Shown: piece by piece, positions 1-8,919 of the stretch
How positions within the stretch are numbered: the first letter of the stretch is position 1
How the letters are laid out: the number at the start of each line of letters is the position of its first letter
Assembly (NCBI GenBank): GCA_043798915.1
Contig: JAZDOG010000101.1
Span: forward strand, 21,150-85,149
Origin: Pseudomonadota bacterium
GTDB taxonomy: Bacteria; UBA10199; 2-02-FULL-44-16; JAAZCA01
DNA length: 64,000 bases
Reading direction: 5' to 3'
The notes under the pieces: model-generated
What the model saw: only the letters and a program-made list of their open reading frames with translations
What the model was told of the DNA's origin: nothing
The model's database searches: none
Made by a program: the position numbers and the translations under genes

Positions 1-2
1 CC

Positions 3-1490
3 GTTAAGGATAATGAAAGTCTTCTTCAAAAAACAAAAAGGCTTTTAGCCAGAGTAGACGGTTTTCGAATGCTTGGCTTTATCGCGGAGGGCGTTGCATT
101 AGTTCATGGCGTTCCTACAGGAGGTATCCTATATCGTGGCGTTTCTGCAATTTCAAATTTAACTGATGGCATTCAAGGCGAAGAGTATCAGGATTTAACA
201 AGATCAGCGTCAGAAGTTATTGGAGAAGTAAAGAAGCTCATCAAGCCACCCCCCGATGAAACGCCACCACAGCAAATTGAAGCCTTCAGAAAAGAGTATA
301 GCGAAATCCTAAACGAACTAGGCAAACCACTTATAGTAATCATTGATAATCTTGACAGGTGTCTTCCTTCAAATGCTATTCATACTCTGGAAGCGATTCG
401 TTTGTTTTTATTTTTACCTAACACTGCTTTTGTTATTGCAGCAGATGAGGAGATGATAAGAATTGCGGTTGCAGAATATTTTAAGGGGTCGTCAGGACGA
501 CACCATATTGATTACCTAGATAAGCTTATTCAGGTTCCAATTAATGTTCCTAAAGCTGGTTTACTCGAAATTCGTTCGTACCTTTTTATGCTTTTTGCCA
601 TAGAACACGGAGTGGAAAGCGATCAACTAGAAACCTTACGTAAGGGACTGGAAGTTTCACTGCAAAGGTCCTGGAATGAAGATCCTATTTCTAAAGATGC
701 TGCACTTAAGCTAACTGGAAAATCTGAGGATGGAAAACTAGCTACGGCATATGAGTTGGCCGATAGAATTGCGCCAATATTAGCAACGTCGCCCATTATT
801 CACGGAAACCCTAGAATTGTTAAACGTCTGCTCAATGTAGTAAGAATGCGGAGCAAAATTGCAAGGCGGCGTGAGATGCCCCTTAGCGAAGAAGTAATTA
901 CAAAACTAGTGATTTTTGAACGTTGCGCTGGAGTAGAGGCTACCACCGAACTTTATAAGTTAGTTGATGCAGAATCTGGAAAACCAAAAATTCTGACTCA
1001 GCTGGAAAGTGCCGGCACAGAAGAACTTCCGTCTGATGCTCCAAATAGCTGGGGCAATAATCCCACGACCAAAAAATTCATTTTGGATTGGATAAAGCTT
1101 GAACCATCGCTCAAAGATAAAGACCTGCGTCCAGCTATTTACCTTTCACGGGAAACAATGCCTATAGGTGCCTATGTTATAGGGTTGTCTCCTAAAAGTC
1201 GGGAAGCTTTAAATACTCTGGCAAATGTTAGTGCAATCTCGTCTCCTGAGGGAAAGAAAACGGCAGAAAGCATACCATTAGAAGATAGGGTTCCTGTTAT
1301 GGAGGGAATTGTTGATCATCTACGCGAAGTTGCAGATTGGTCGAAACAACCAAAGGGATTTGCTGGGGCTGTGTTGCTAGCTGAGATTTCCCCAGATGCA
1401 GCCAAAATATTTAAAAGGTTTGCCGATGGTTTAGGCAACAAGAAACCGTGGATGAACGCTATGATTAAGGATAAAGAATGGAATAGGTAA
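3..1490 (+). CDS. qatA: KAP-family P-loop NTPase, QatA-like (5' end lies outside the window)
   Basis: Frame is open back to base 3. Has Walker B 'LIVIIDNLDRC', 'YLDKLIQVP' and 'GNPRIVKR' motifs typical of KAP NTPases, and sits upstream of QatB- and QatC-like genes. Confidence 0.85.
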   Translation, partial: VKDNESLLQKTKRLLARVDGFRMLGFIAEGVALVHGVPTGGILYRGVSAISNLTDGIQGEEYQDLTRSASEVIGEVKKLIKPPPDETPPQQIEAFRKEYSEILNELGKPLIVIIDNLDRCLPSNAIHTLEAIRLFLFLPNTAFVIAADEEMIRIAVAEYFKGSSGRHHIDYLDKLIQVPINVPKAGLLEIRSYLFMLFAIEHGVESDQLETLRKGLEVSLQRSWNEDPISKDAALKLTGKSEDGKLATAYELADRIAPILATSPIIHGNPRIVKRLLNVVRMRSKIARRREMPLSEEVITKLVIFERCAGVEATTELYKLVDAESGKPKILTQLESAGTEELPSDAPNSWGNNPTTKKFILDWIKLEPSLKDKDLRPAIYLSRETMPIGAYVIGLSPKSREALNTLANVSAISSPEGKKTAESIPLEDRVPVMEGIVDHLREVADWSKQPKGFAGAVLLAEISPDAAKIFKRFADGLGNKKPWMNAMIKDKEWNR

Positions 1491-1494
1491 TAAA

Positions 1495-2247
1495 ATGGGA
1501 ACATCTCAATCAAGCCCAGGTCCCGTTGGCATATCTCCCTTGGTGCCGCCATGGGGAGATGATCAGCCACAGAAACCCTTACCCCCACCTGAACCTCGAA
1601 GGTTTGCGAGCTTTCGACAATCGCTTGGAAGCTTTGTTAAGGACAGAGACCTGGGGAAACTTAAGTCAGTGCTTGGTCACTATGCATCCACTGCATCTGG
1701 TGGTGGTAAGATAGTTGCTCGTCGCATGAACGGTGCAGCGCAGGCTGGCGCAGATCTGTATAATTTTCTCAGTGGAGTTCAAAAGTCTACTATCAAAGAG
1801 GCCGCGTTTAATTTAGCTGCATTGGCCAATCAACCATGCGAAGTGGCAATCAACATAATTGTTCAGGCGCTCACTGAAGATGGAGGAGATGCTGATAAAA
1901 ATCGAGCATCCATGACAAATGCATTATGTGAAGCTCTCGATGGGATTGACACTTTTGATCCAATGAAAATTACGGATGAGATTATCCTCACTACGATGAT
2001 TTGTTTTCTGACTGAAAGTATTTTTCATCAAATAGTAATGGATGCTGGTAAAGCGTGGAACAAAGCAGACACCCCTTCAAAAGTCGTGAATGCTGAAAAT
2101 GATTTGAGAGAACTTATTAAGGCAGTCGTCGATAAATATATGGCCCCCAGTTTATCAGGAAAAGTTAATTCATTTACTCGTCAGAGGATGCTTCGACTTG
2201 AGAAAGAAGTGTTGGTTAACGTATGGGCGGAATGGGAGACCTATTAG
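1495..2247 (+). CDS. qatB: QatB-like anti-phage protein
   Basis: N-terminus 'MGTSQSSPGP...PLVPPW' is characteristic of QatB; lies between a KAP NTPase and a QueC-like gene. Confidence 0.8.
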   Translation: MGTSQSSPGPVGISPLVPPWGDDQPQKPLPPPEPRRFASFRQSLGSFVKDRDLGKLKSVLGHYASTASGGGKIVARRMNGAAQAGADLYNFLSGVQKSTIKEAAFNLAALANQPCEVAINIIVQALTEDGGDADKNRASMTNALCEALDGIDTFDPMKITDEIILTTMICFLTESIFHQIVMDAGKAWNKADTPSKVVNAENDLRELIKAVVDKYMAPSLSGKVNSFTRQRMLRLEKEVLVNVWAEWETY

Positions 2248-3542
2248 TGACAAGAGTGATAATTCATCATGATTGCAATAAGCTTCCACGCCAACGAAAA
2301 AGGTTGGTCTCGGTGCACATTTATGGCTTGGGCAATGGAAACTGTTCTAGTATTGGTCATCCTCTAATCGAAAAAATTAAGCGGCTCGGTATAACACTGT
2401 CTCCGGCTGTGATGGATTTCCTTACGATTGCCTTGGCGGTTAATGCGGCTGATTCGTTTGTTAAACGCCGAGAAATGGTTGATGGATGGACACGAGAAAT
2501 TATTTTGCAGGTTTCGCTTTGTGAACCAGAGTCATGGTTAAAGGTAAAAAGTAGGCTTGAAAAAACTCTACGCTTTCTAAGCGGCGATTTATGGAAGTTG
2601 GAAATTAATGATAATGGCTTCAAACCACCCAAACCATATAGAAGCCAAGATCGTTTTAAGTTGTTAAGATTGAAAGGGCTTGATTCTGTTAGCCTGTTTT
2701 CGGGTGGGCTAGATAGCGCAATAGGTGTTATTAATTTGCTAAATGAAGGCAAAAAACCACTTTTGGTTAGCTATGCATACAGAGGTGACAAGTCTCATCA
2801 AAACGCTGCTGAAAAGTATCTTCAAGGTGAATATTCAAGGTTTTGGGCTAACGCGTATCCTCAATCAGCTAATGGAGAATATGAAATTAGCATGCGCACT
2901 CGTAGCATTAACTTTCTCGCCTTAGGGATAATTGGATGCTACGCTGTTGGATATGTGAATGGTTTAAAGAATCTTCCCCTTTATGTGCCGGAAAATGGTT
3001 TTATATCACTTAATGTGCCCTTAACGCCACGCCGCATTGGTTCATTGAGTACACGAACTACACATCCATATTTTCTATGTTCTATTGAGGAAATTTTACA
3101 ATGTGTTGGCATTAATAGTAAAATAATTAACCCTTACCAGTTTCAAACAAAGGGAGAAATGGCGCAGTTATGCAGCAACCTGAATATCCTGAAGAATATG
3201 GTTTCGAAAACAGTATCGTGTGGCCACTGGAAAAGAAGGAACAAACAATGTGGCTGCTGTGTTCCCTGTATAATAAGGAGGGCGGCTATTAAACAAGCTG
3301 GATTGAATGAACCTGCACTATATCATTTTCAAGACCTTAAGAGCGTACTTAATGACGATAATACGAAAGATGACCTCTTTGCTCTTTCAAACGCAATATC
3401 TCACTTGTCATCGCGAAATATAAACTCATGGATAATGAATAGTGGGCCTATACCATCGAAGCAATTTGAAGATTATAAATCGCTCTTTACGCGAGGATTG
3501 AAGGAAGTCGAAAGTTTCTTGCTGGGCGAGCATGTATTATGA
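2247..3542 (+). CDS. qatC: QueC-like protein, QatC
   Basis: PP-loop 'SLFSGGLDS', 'RTRS', 'ENGFISLN', 'STRTTHP' and Zn-binding 'SC...CGCCVPCIIRR'. GTG start overlaps the qatB stop (tagtg). Confidence 0.88.
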   Translation: MTRVIIHHDCNKLPRQRKRLVSVHIYGLGNGNCSSIGHPLIEKIKRLGITLSPAVMDFLTIALAVNAADSFVKRREMVDGWTREIILQVSLCEPESWLKVKSRLEKTLRFLSGDLWKLEINDNGFKPPKPYRSQDRFKLLRLKGLDSVSLFSGGLDSAIGVINLLNEGKKPLLVSYAYRGDKSHQNAAEKYLQGEYSRFWANAYPQSANGEYEISMRTRSINFLALGIIGCYAVGYVNGLKNLPLYVPENGFISLNVPLTPRRIGSLSTRTTHPYFLCSIEEILQCVGINSKIINPYQFQTKGEMAQLCSNLNILKNMVSKTVSCGHWKRRNKQCGCCVPCIIRRAAIKQAGLNEPALYHFQDLKSVLNDDNTKDDLFALSNAISHLSSRNINSWIMNSGPIPSKQFEDYKSLFTRGLKEVESFLLGEHVL

Positions 3543-3624
3543 CATTAATGTTAATCTCTACTCAAAATCTGATTCACCGTGTCACTTTGTTAAAGACGTA
3601 GAAATGCAAGGAGCGATAAACAAT

Positions 3625-4743
3625 ATGAAAAGTTCTGAAGCAACCAAGTTAAACATCGATTCATCACCGTCGATTTTGCCACGTCCAATACTCGTGGCAA
3701 GCTTTACTCAGAGAATGGATTCGTGCCTGTCTGGTGACTCCCTACAACCTCTCCTCCTTCTCGGCAACGCACGAACCGTCCTTGACCAATTCCCTACATC
3801 ATCCATCGATTTTGCTATGACCTCGCCGCCATATTGGGGAAAACGTGAGTATGAAAGCGGAGGTATTGGTCTTGAGAATAACTACGGGGATTTCATCCGT
3901 AATCTGTCGGATGTGTTTATGGCACTTTCTCGTGTTCTTAAACCAGAGGGCTCATTCTGGCTCAACATAGGCGACACTTACCAGGATAAAAAATTGGTGG
4001 GTATTCCTTGGAGGGTAGCACTAGAACTTACAGATAAACAGGGCTGGATTCTTCGTAATAGTGTAATCTGGAATAAAATCAAGAGTGGAATGGACAACAC
4101 TAAAGATAGGCTCGGAAATATTCACGAACATGTATTTCACTTTGTTAAACAACCAAAATATTATTACGATGCTGATGCTATTCGCTCAAAACCAAGAGAG
4201 GCACGAATAGTGAATGGCGCTGTTGTATCTGCTACCGGAGTATCAGGCGTTCGCTACAAGCGACAAATCGAACTCTCTACATCATTGAATAAAGAGGAAA
4301 AACAGGCGGCTTCCAAGGCGTTGAGCCAGATTCTGACAGATGTAGGTGCAGGAAAAATCTCAGATTTTCGAATGATTATTCGCGGACAACAACGTGCAAC
4401 ACACTCTGACAAAGAAAAGGTGTCAGGAAGGGCAAAGGAATTGCGTGATAAAGGATTCTACTTCCTTCGGTACCATCCAAACGGAAGCAAGCCAGCCGAC
4501 GTGTGGGATATTATGCCAGAAGATACACAACAAAGGAAGATGCATTATGCATCGTATCCAGTCGACTTATGTCGGATTCCTATTCTTGCAACTTGTCCTC
4601 CCGGAGGCGTGGTGCTCGATCCGTTCTGTGGAACCGGTACAACACTTATTGCAGCTCGTAACCTTGGGCGAAAGTCAATTGGAATTGACATATCAAGTCA
4701 ATACCTGAAAATTGCGGAGGAAAGATGCACGACGCTTCTATGA
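3625..4743 (+). CDS. Beta-class amino-DNA methyltransferase (N4-C/N6-A; SPPY suggests m4C)
   Basis: Motif IV 'TSPPY' precedes motif I 'VVLDPFCGTGTT'. Start is uncertain: the ORF is open from 3532 and AAGGAG lies upstream of the ATG at 3625. Confidence 0.9.
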   Translation: MKSSEATKLNIDSSPSILPRPILVASFTQRMDSCLSGDSLQPLLLLGNARTVLDQFPTSSIDFAMTSPPYWGKREYESGGIGLENNYGDFIRNLSDVFMALSRVLKPEGSFWLNIGDTYQDKKLVGIPWRVALELTDKQGWILRNSVIWNKIKSGMDNTKDRLGNIHEHVFHFVKQPKYYYDADAIRSKPREARIVNGAVVSATGVSGVRYKRQIELSTSLNKEEKQAASKALSQILTDVGAGKISDFRMIIRGQQRATHSDKEKVSGRAKELRDKGFYFLRYHPNGSKPADVWDIMPEDTQQRKMHYASYPVDLCRIPILATCPPGGVVLDPFCGTGTTLIAARNLGRKSIGIDISSQYLKIAEERCTTLL

Positions 4744-5591
4744 GTACAGTTGTCGAACTATTTGGTCATGCCGTTGATAGCCAGCGGAAAGATTGGGCAC
4801 GTGTTGTACGTAATCAGCAATGTCCATTTTTAGAAAAGACATGTTACAAGGTTCGAAAGAGCGATCCTAATATCTCAATAGGTTCATGTACTGTACTCTA
4901 CGGTAGGACCAAAGAACCTGTTGTTATCTGCCCAACACGCCTTCTTGAACGACACCAGATATTCACCGATTGCTTGCATCTTTTAACCATGCATGAGCCG
5001 GGGAATGAGCTCCACATTATTCCCGAAGTTTCAATACCTGGTGGAAGCGTTGATTATTTCTTGGCTTCCGCGCTAAAGGGAAAGGTAAAAGATTTCGTTG
5101 GTATCGAGATTCAGACGTTGGATACTACAGGTACCGTGTGGCCGGAACGTCAGCGACTGCTCAAAAAACTTGGAATTCCGCGTAGAGACAAAGAAGAGTT
5201 ATCCAACAAGTCCTACGGTATGAACTGGAAAATGACCGCCAAAACGATCTTAGTCCAGATGCACCATAAGATTCAAACTTTTGAGCATGTCAACAAAAAG
5301 CTAGTACTTATCTTACAGGATAAACTTTTCCAGTACATGACTAATGAATTTACATTTGGACATTTAAATAAACCGGCAATCCTGGGCGATTCAATGCATA
5401 TGCATGTGTATCAATTAGAAAAGCAGGTTAACCGACTGTTTAAGTTAGGGATGAATGCTCGATTAAGCACGGACTCCGAAGGAATTGCGGCATGCCTTGG
5501 TCTCCAAGCGGAAGCTCGAGTTGAGTTGACTCAAATTGTTGCTGCTCTTGAAGCGAAGCTATCTCCAAGCACGCTTCTCAAGCCAGTATAA
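4740..5591 (+). CDS. NotI-family type II restriction endonuclease-like protein
   Basis: 'ELFG', Cys cluster 'CPF....C.K.RKS......GSC..........ICP.R' and PD-(D/E)xK-like 'VDYFL...GIEIQTLDTTG'. ATGA overlap with the methyltransferase stop. Confidence 0.75.
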   Translation: MSTVVELFGHAVDSQRKDWARVVRNQQCPFLEKTCYKVRKSDPNISIGSCTVLYGRTKEPVVICPTRLLERHQIFTDCLHLLTMHEPGNELHIIPEVSIPGGSVDYFLASALKGKVKDFVGIEIQTLDTTGTVWPERQRLLKKLGIPRRDKEELSNKSYGMNWKMTAKTILVQMHHKIQTFEHVNKKLVLILQDKLFQYMTNEFTFGHLNKPAILGDSMHMHVYQLEKQVNRLFKLGMNARLSTDSEGIAACLGLQAEARVELTQIVAALEAKLSPSTLLKPV

Positions 5592-5729
5592 CTGTGGTTG
5601 TTCCAAAAGGCATCGGCCTTAGAAAAAGAGTTTCCCGATGTGGAAGTTGTTGAAGATGTTGGTTTTTAAATGGGGGTGCTGCAAAAGTGGTCAGTTGTGA
5701 GCAATTGATGCAGATGTTATTTCAGCGCG

Positions 5730-5912
5730 GTTACTGAGGACTGCATAACTTATTGCGCAGATGACACAGGATGATGAGCCGAGACAAGGAAGATGAGCAA
5801 AAAGCGCGGAGGCGTAGCCATAGCTACGTTGAGCACTTTTTGCGAAATCTGACGCAGTCGCAGGCCATCAGCCGAAGTCAGATGTGTAATAAGTTATGCA
5901 GTCCTCAGTAAC
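5730..5912. repeat. Long palindromic element (MITE/REP-like) with perfect 25-bp terminal inverted repeats
   Basis: gttactgaggactgcataacttatt (5730-5754) is the exact reverse complement of 5888-5912; the interior is also self-complementary. Confidence 0.85.
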
Positions 5913-6141
5913 ATATGCTAACCAAACGGTGCGAGCTGGCTTCATGGGATCCCCGCGGCGCTCCTCGGTTGCCACGATCTCCATGGCAAAACCCGCGCCT
6001 CGGGATGACAGGCAGGGGGAGAAATGAGCAGTTTGCTCGTTCATTCAAGGCCGACTGGCTGATTTGCTCCTGCCACTAAACCTCCGGCGGGCAGGTAGGG
6101 CGCGGCAATCGGGGGAGAGCAAGAGACCTAGAGGCCATAAT

Positions 6142-7155
6142 ATGAAACTAGTCAAACGATTGGATAATCAATTCGCCGAAGTTGTAAGGATGATTCATGA
6201 GGCCCGGTACAATGCTATCAAGAGCGTCAACACCGAGCTGGTCAAACTATATTGGAGCATAGGCGGGTATGTCAGCAGAAAGATCGAATCCGCGGAATGG
6301 GGCGATGCCGTTGTGGACAGCCTTGCCGATTTCATTCAAACTAACGACCCGGAATTTAAGGGTTTTACGCGACGGAGCCTTTACAGGATGCGCCAGTTTC
6401 ATGAAACATACCCGCAGAAGAAATTTGTGTCGGCAGTGCTGACACAAATCAGCTGGACCAACCACCTGCTCATACTCTCCAAAACTAAATCAATGGAGGA
6501 GCGTAAATTTTACCTGATGTTATCCGTGAAGGAAAAATATAGTTCGCGCGAGCTTGAGCGTCAGATAGACAGCGGTTATTATGAACGAGCAATGCTTTCC
6601 AGGAAAAAAGTGTCGCCAGCGCTGATACAAATTCACCCTGGTATAACAGACGTTTTCAAAGACATCTACGTTTTGGATTTCCTGAGTCTCCCAGCGATGC
6701 ACAGCGAAAAAGACCTTCAAACAAGTATTGTTGCCAATTTAAGGGACTTTATCCTTGAATTCGGCAAGGATTTTACATTCATCGGCCAAGAATATCGAAT
6801 TCAAGTGGGTAAGAACGACTATTTCATTGATCTTTTATTCTTTCACCGAGGACTGAAATGTCTCGTTATGATCGAATTGAAGATAACCGATTTTAAGCCG
6901 GAGTATCTTGGCAAGCTGAATTTCTATTTGGAAGCGCTGGACCGCGATATTCGAAAAGAGGGAGAAAATCCAAGCGTAGGCATTATTCTATGCAAGTCAA
7001 AAGACGATGAAGTTGTGGAATACGCGCTCAGCCGCAATCTATCGCCTGCCATGATTGCTGAATATAAAACAAAGCTCATCCCTAAAAAAATATTGCAGAA
7101 GAAGCTACACGAGTTGTTTATGCTAAACGAACCAGACATAAAGAATGACAGGTAA
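6142..7155 (+). CDS. YhcG/DUF1016 PD-(D/E)xK nuclease-domain protein
   Basis: 'VNTELVKLYWSIG', 'GFTRRSLYRMRQF', 'SRELERQI', 'DLLFFHRGLKCLVMIELK', 'ENPSVGIILCK'. Confidence 0.92.
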   Translation: MKLVKRLDNQFAEVVRMIHEARYNAIKSVNTELVKLYWSIGGYVSRKIESAEWGDAVVDSLADFIQTNDPEFKGFTRRSLYRMRQFHETYPQKKFVSAVLTQISWTNHLLILSKTKSMEERKFYLMLSVKEKYSSRELERQIDSGYYERAMLSRKKVSPALIQIHPGITDVFKDIYVLDFLSLPAMHSEKDLQTSIVANLRDFILEFGKDFTFIGQEYRIQVGKNDYFIDLLFFHRGLKCLVMIELKITDFKPEYLGKLNFYLEALDRDIRKEGENPSVGIILCKSKDDEVVEYALSRNLSPAMIAEYKTKLIPKKILQKKLHELFMLNEPDIKNDR

Positions 7156-7320
7156 TTGAGTGAGCGGGGATACGATACTTAATTCGTCGCACTACTGGCA
7201 ACGGGAGCTATAAAGCAAAAGGGACCCAGTGAAGGGCCCCCAAGCTCTAGAATTAGTGATCTTGCGATCGTCTTAAGACTAACAGAGTGTGCTGAATAAA
7301 TCAAGCCCAGCTGGAGAGGG

Positions 7321-7386
7321 TTGTATGAAAAATCAGTTGTTAGGAATTTCCGAATAACTGCCGCAGATGGGAAGAGTTATGACATG
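7321..7386 (+). pseudogene. Fragment of a RhuM-family gene
   Basis: Translates to LYEKSVVRNFRITAADGKSYDM, matching the RhuM core motif; no intact ORF surrounds it. Confidence 0.6.
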
Positions 7387-7388
7387 GG

Positions 7389-7536
7389 GAAAGTGATGGA
7401 ACCGATGATTTGTCGAGCGGCGTCTGAGCGAGCCGAAATCAGCAGCCTTAAAAGCTCGGCGAGCGAGGCGCAGGCGAACCGCCGGCGTCTGAGGCGGTGA
7501 GCCGTAGCGAGACATATCACCGGTTCCATCACTTTC
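7389..7536. repeat. Palindromic element with 16-bp perfect (about 26-bp imperfect) terminal inverted repeats
   Basis: gaaagtgatggaaccg (7389-7404) pairs with cggttccatcactttc (7521-7536). Confidence 0.8.
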
Positions 7537-7540
7537 ACAG

Positions 7541-8857
7541 ATGTCCATGGTTACACTCCTCAGATTCATAGTCTGGTTCTTGGGGTGGGCGGCGAGGCCT
7601 TTCAGGCGCAAGTGGCGCCCCGGTATGCCCATCGAGTGCCTCGTCGTCGGCTATGGCGGCGCCAACAACACGGGCGCTGAGGCGAGGACGGTCGAGGCGA
7701 TCCGGCAGATGCTCGATGCCGATCCCCGCATCCGCGTCACGCTCACCTCGCTCGACAGGGGGCAGACCCTTCGCTACATCGAGGAAGCGGAGCGCCTTCG
7801 CGTGGCCCAGATCGATCCGGTCTTTCTCGTGAGCGTCCTCCTCCTCGTCCTTCGCTCCGACATCGTGGTGCTGGTAGAGGGGAGCTGCTTCAAAGAAAAC
7901 TTTTCCTCGGCGCTCCTGTGGTTCTTCCTCTATGCGGCGGACCTGGCCCACAGGTTCGGGCTGCCTACGGTCTCCTACGGGGTGGACGCCGGCAAGCTGT
8001 CGAAGAAAAACCGGGGCTGGGCCGCAGCGGTTGCCAATCGCATGGACCTGCTGATGGTCAGGACCGCCGCCGCCGCGCGCGTCCTGCGCTCGATGGGAGT
8101 GGGGCGCGAGATAGCCGTGACGACCGACACCGCCTTCACGATCCGGCCGGAAGGACGGGAGTGGGTCGAGACGATCCTTACATCTCAAGGCATAGACCTC
8201 AAGAGGCCCGTCGTGGGGATCGCCTTCGAGGAATTCTTCTGGTGGCCGGTCGTGCCGTCGATCTGGCGCGCCATCCTGGGGGTCAAGAAGGACCGCTACA
8301 AATCGATCTATTACCACTCGTGGGGTACCGAAGGGAAGGTGAAGAGCCTCCTCATGAGGGAGCAGGTGGCTTCCTACGCAGACTGGGCCGCGTCGGAACT
8401 CGGCGCGCAGGTGATCTTTTTTGCGATGGAGAGGCTAGACATCGGTCCTTGCCGCGACGTGCAGTCGCTGATGAAATCGAAATCCATCCTGATCGACTCG
8501 GACCACGCGAACGCGCGCCAGGTCGCGGCGCTCCTGCGCTCGCTCGACTGGCTTGTCACGTGCAGATATCACGCGCTGGTGCTGGCCATGGGGGGCTCCG
8601 TGCCGACCATCGGGCTTGCGCACGACGAGCGCATCACGGCGATCATGGATGAGTTGGGCTTCATCGACGAGGGTTTCATCTCTCACGAGGAGCGGCGGGT
8701 GTTCGATCTCCTGAAGGAGAAGACGCTCCTGCTCAGGCGCGATTCCGCTCGCTTCCGGCGCGCCATCGAGCACGCGATGCCGGGCTATCTCGACCGCATG
8801 GCCGAGAACGGCAGGCGCTTCGCAGCCCTCGTCAAAGAAAGATTCCCTTCGGAATAG
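7541..8857 (+). CDS. Polysaccharide pyruvyl transferase family protein (CsaB/WcaK-like)
   Basis: 'VGYGGANNTGAEA' at the N-terminus and 'CRYHALVLA...VPTIGL' near the C-terminus. Confidence 0.75.
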   Translation: MSMVTLLRFIVWFLGWAARPFRRKWRPGMPIECLVVGYGGANNTGAEARTVEAIRQMLDADPRIRVTLTSLDRGQTLRYIEEAERLRVAQIDPVFLVSVLLLVLRSDIVVLVEGSCFKENFSSALLWFFLYAADLAHRFGLPTVSYGVDAGKLSKKNRGWAAAVANRMDLLMVRTAAAARVLRSMGVGREIAVTTDTAFTIRPEGREWVETILTSQGIDLKRPVVGIAFEEFFWWPVVPSIWRAILGVKKDRYKSIYYHSWGTEGKVKSLLMREQVASYADWAASELGAQVIFFAMERLDIGPCRDVQSLMKSKSILIDSDHANARQVAALLRSLDWLVTCRYHALVLAMGGSVPTIGLAHDERITAIMDELGFIDEGFISHEERRVFDLLKEKTLLLRRDSARFRRAIEHAMPGYLDRMAENGRRFAALVKERFPSE

Positions 8858-8919
8858 CGATGAGACGCCCTGTTTTTCCCCTATGAAACGGTTTTTTTTC
8901 CTGCTACAGGCAACGCTCG

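Noticed and set aside
3532..3600. 'MYYDINVNLYS' as a relic of the QatD N-terminus
   Set aside because: The metal-binding HxH motif is absent and the resemblance is too weak to support.
5730..5912. Integron attC site
   Set aside because: Ends read GTTAC...GTAAC rather than RYYYAAC...GTTRRRY, and no integrase or cassette array is visible.
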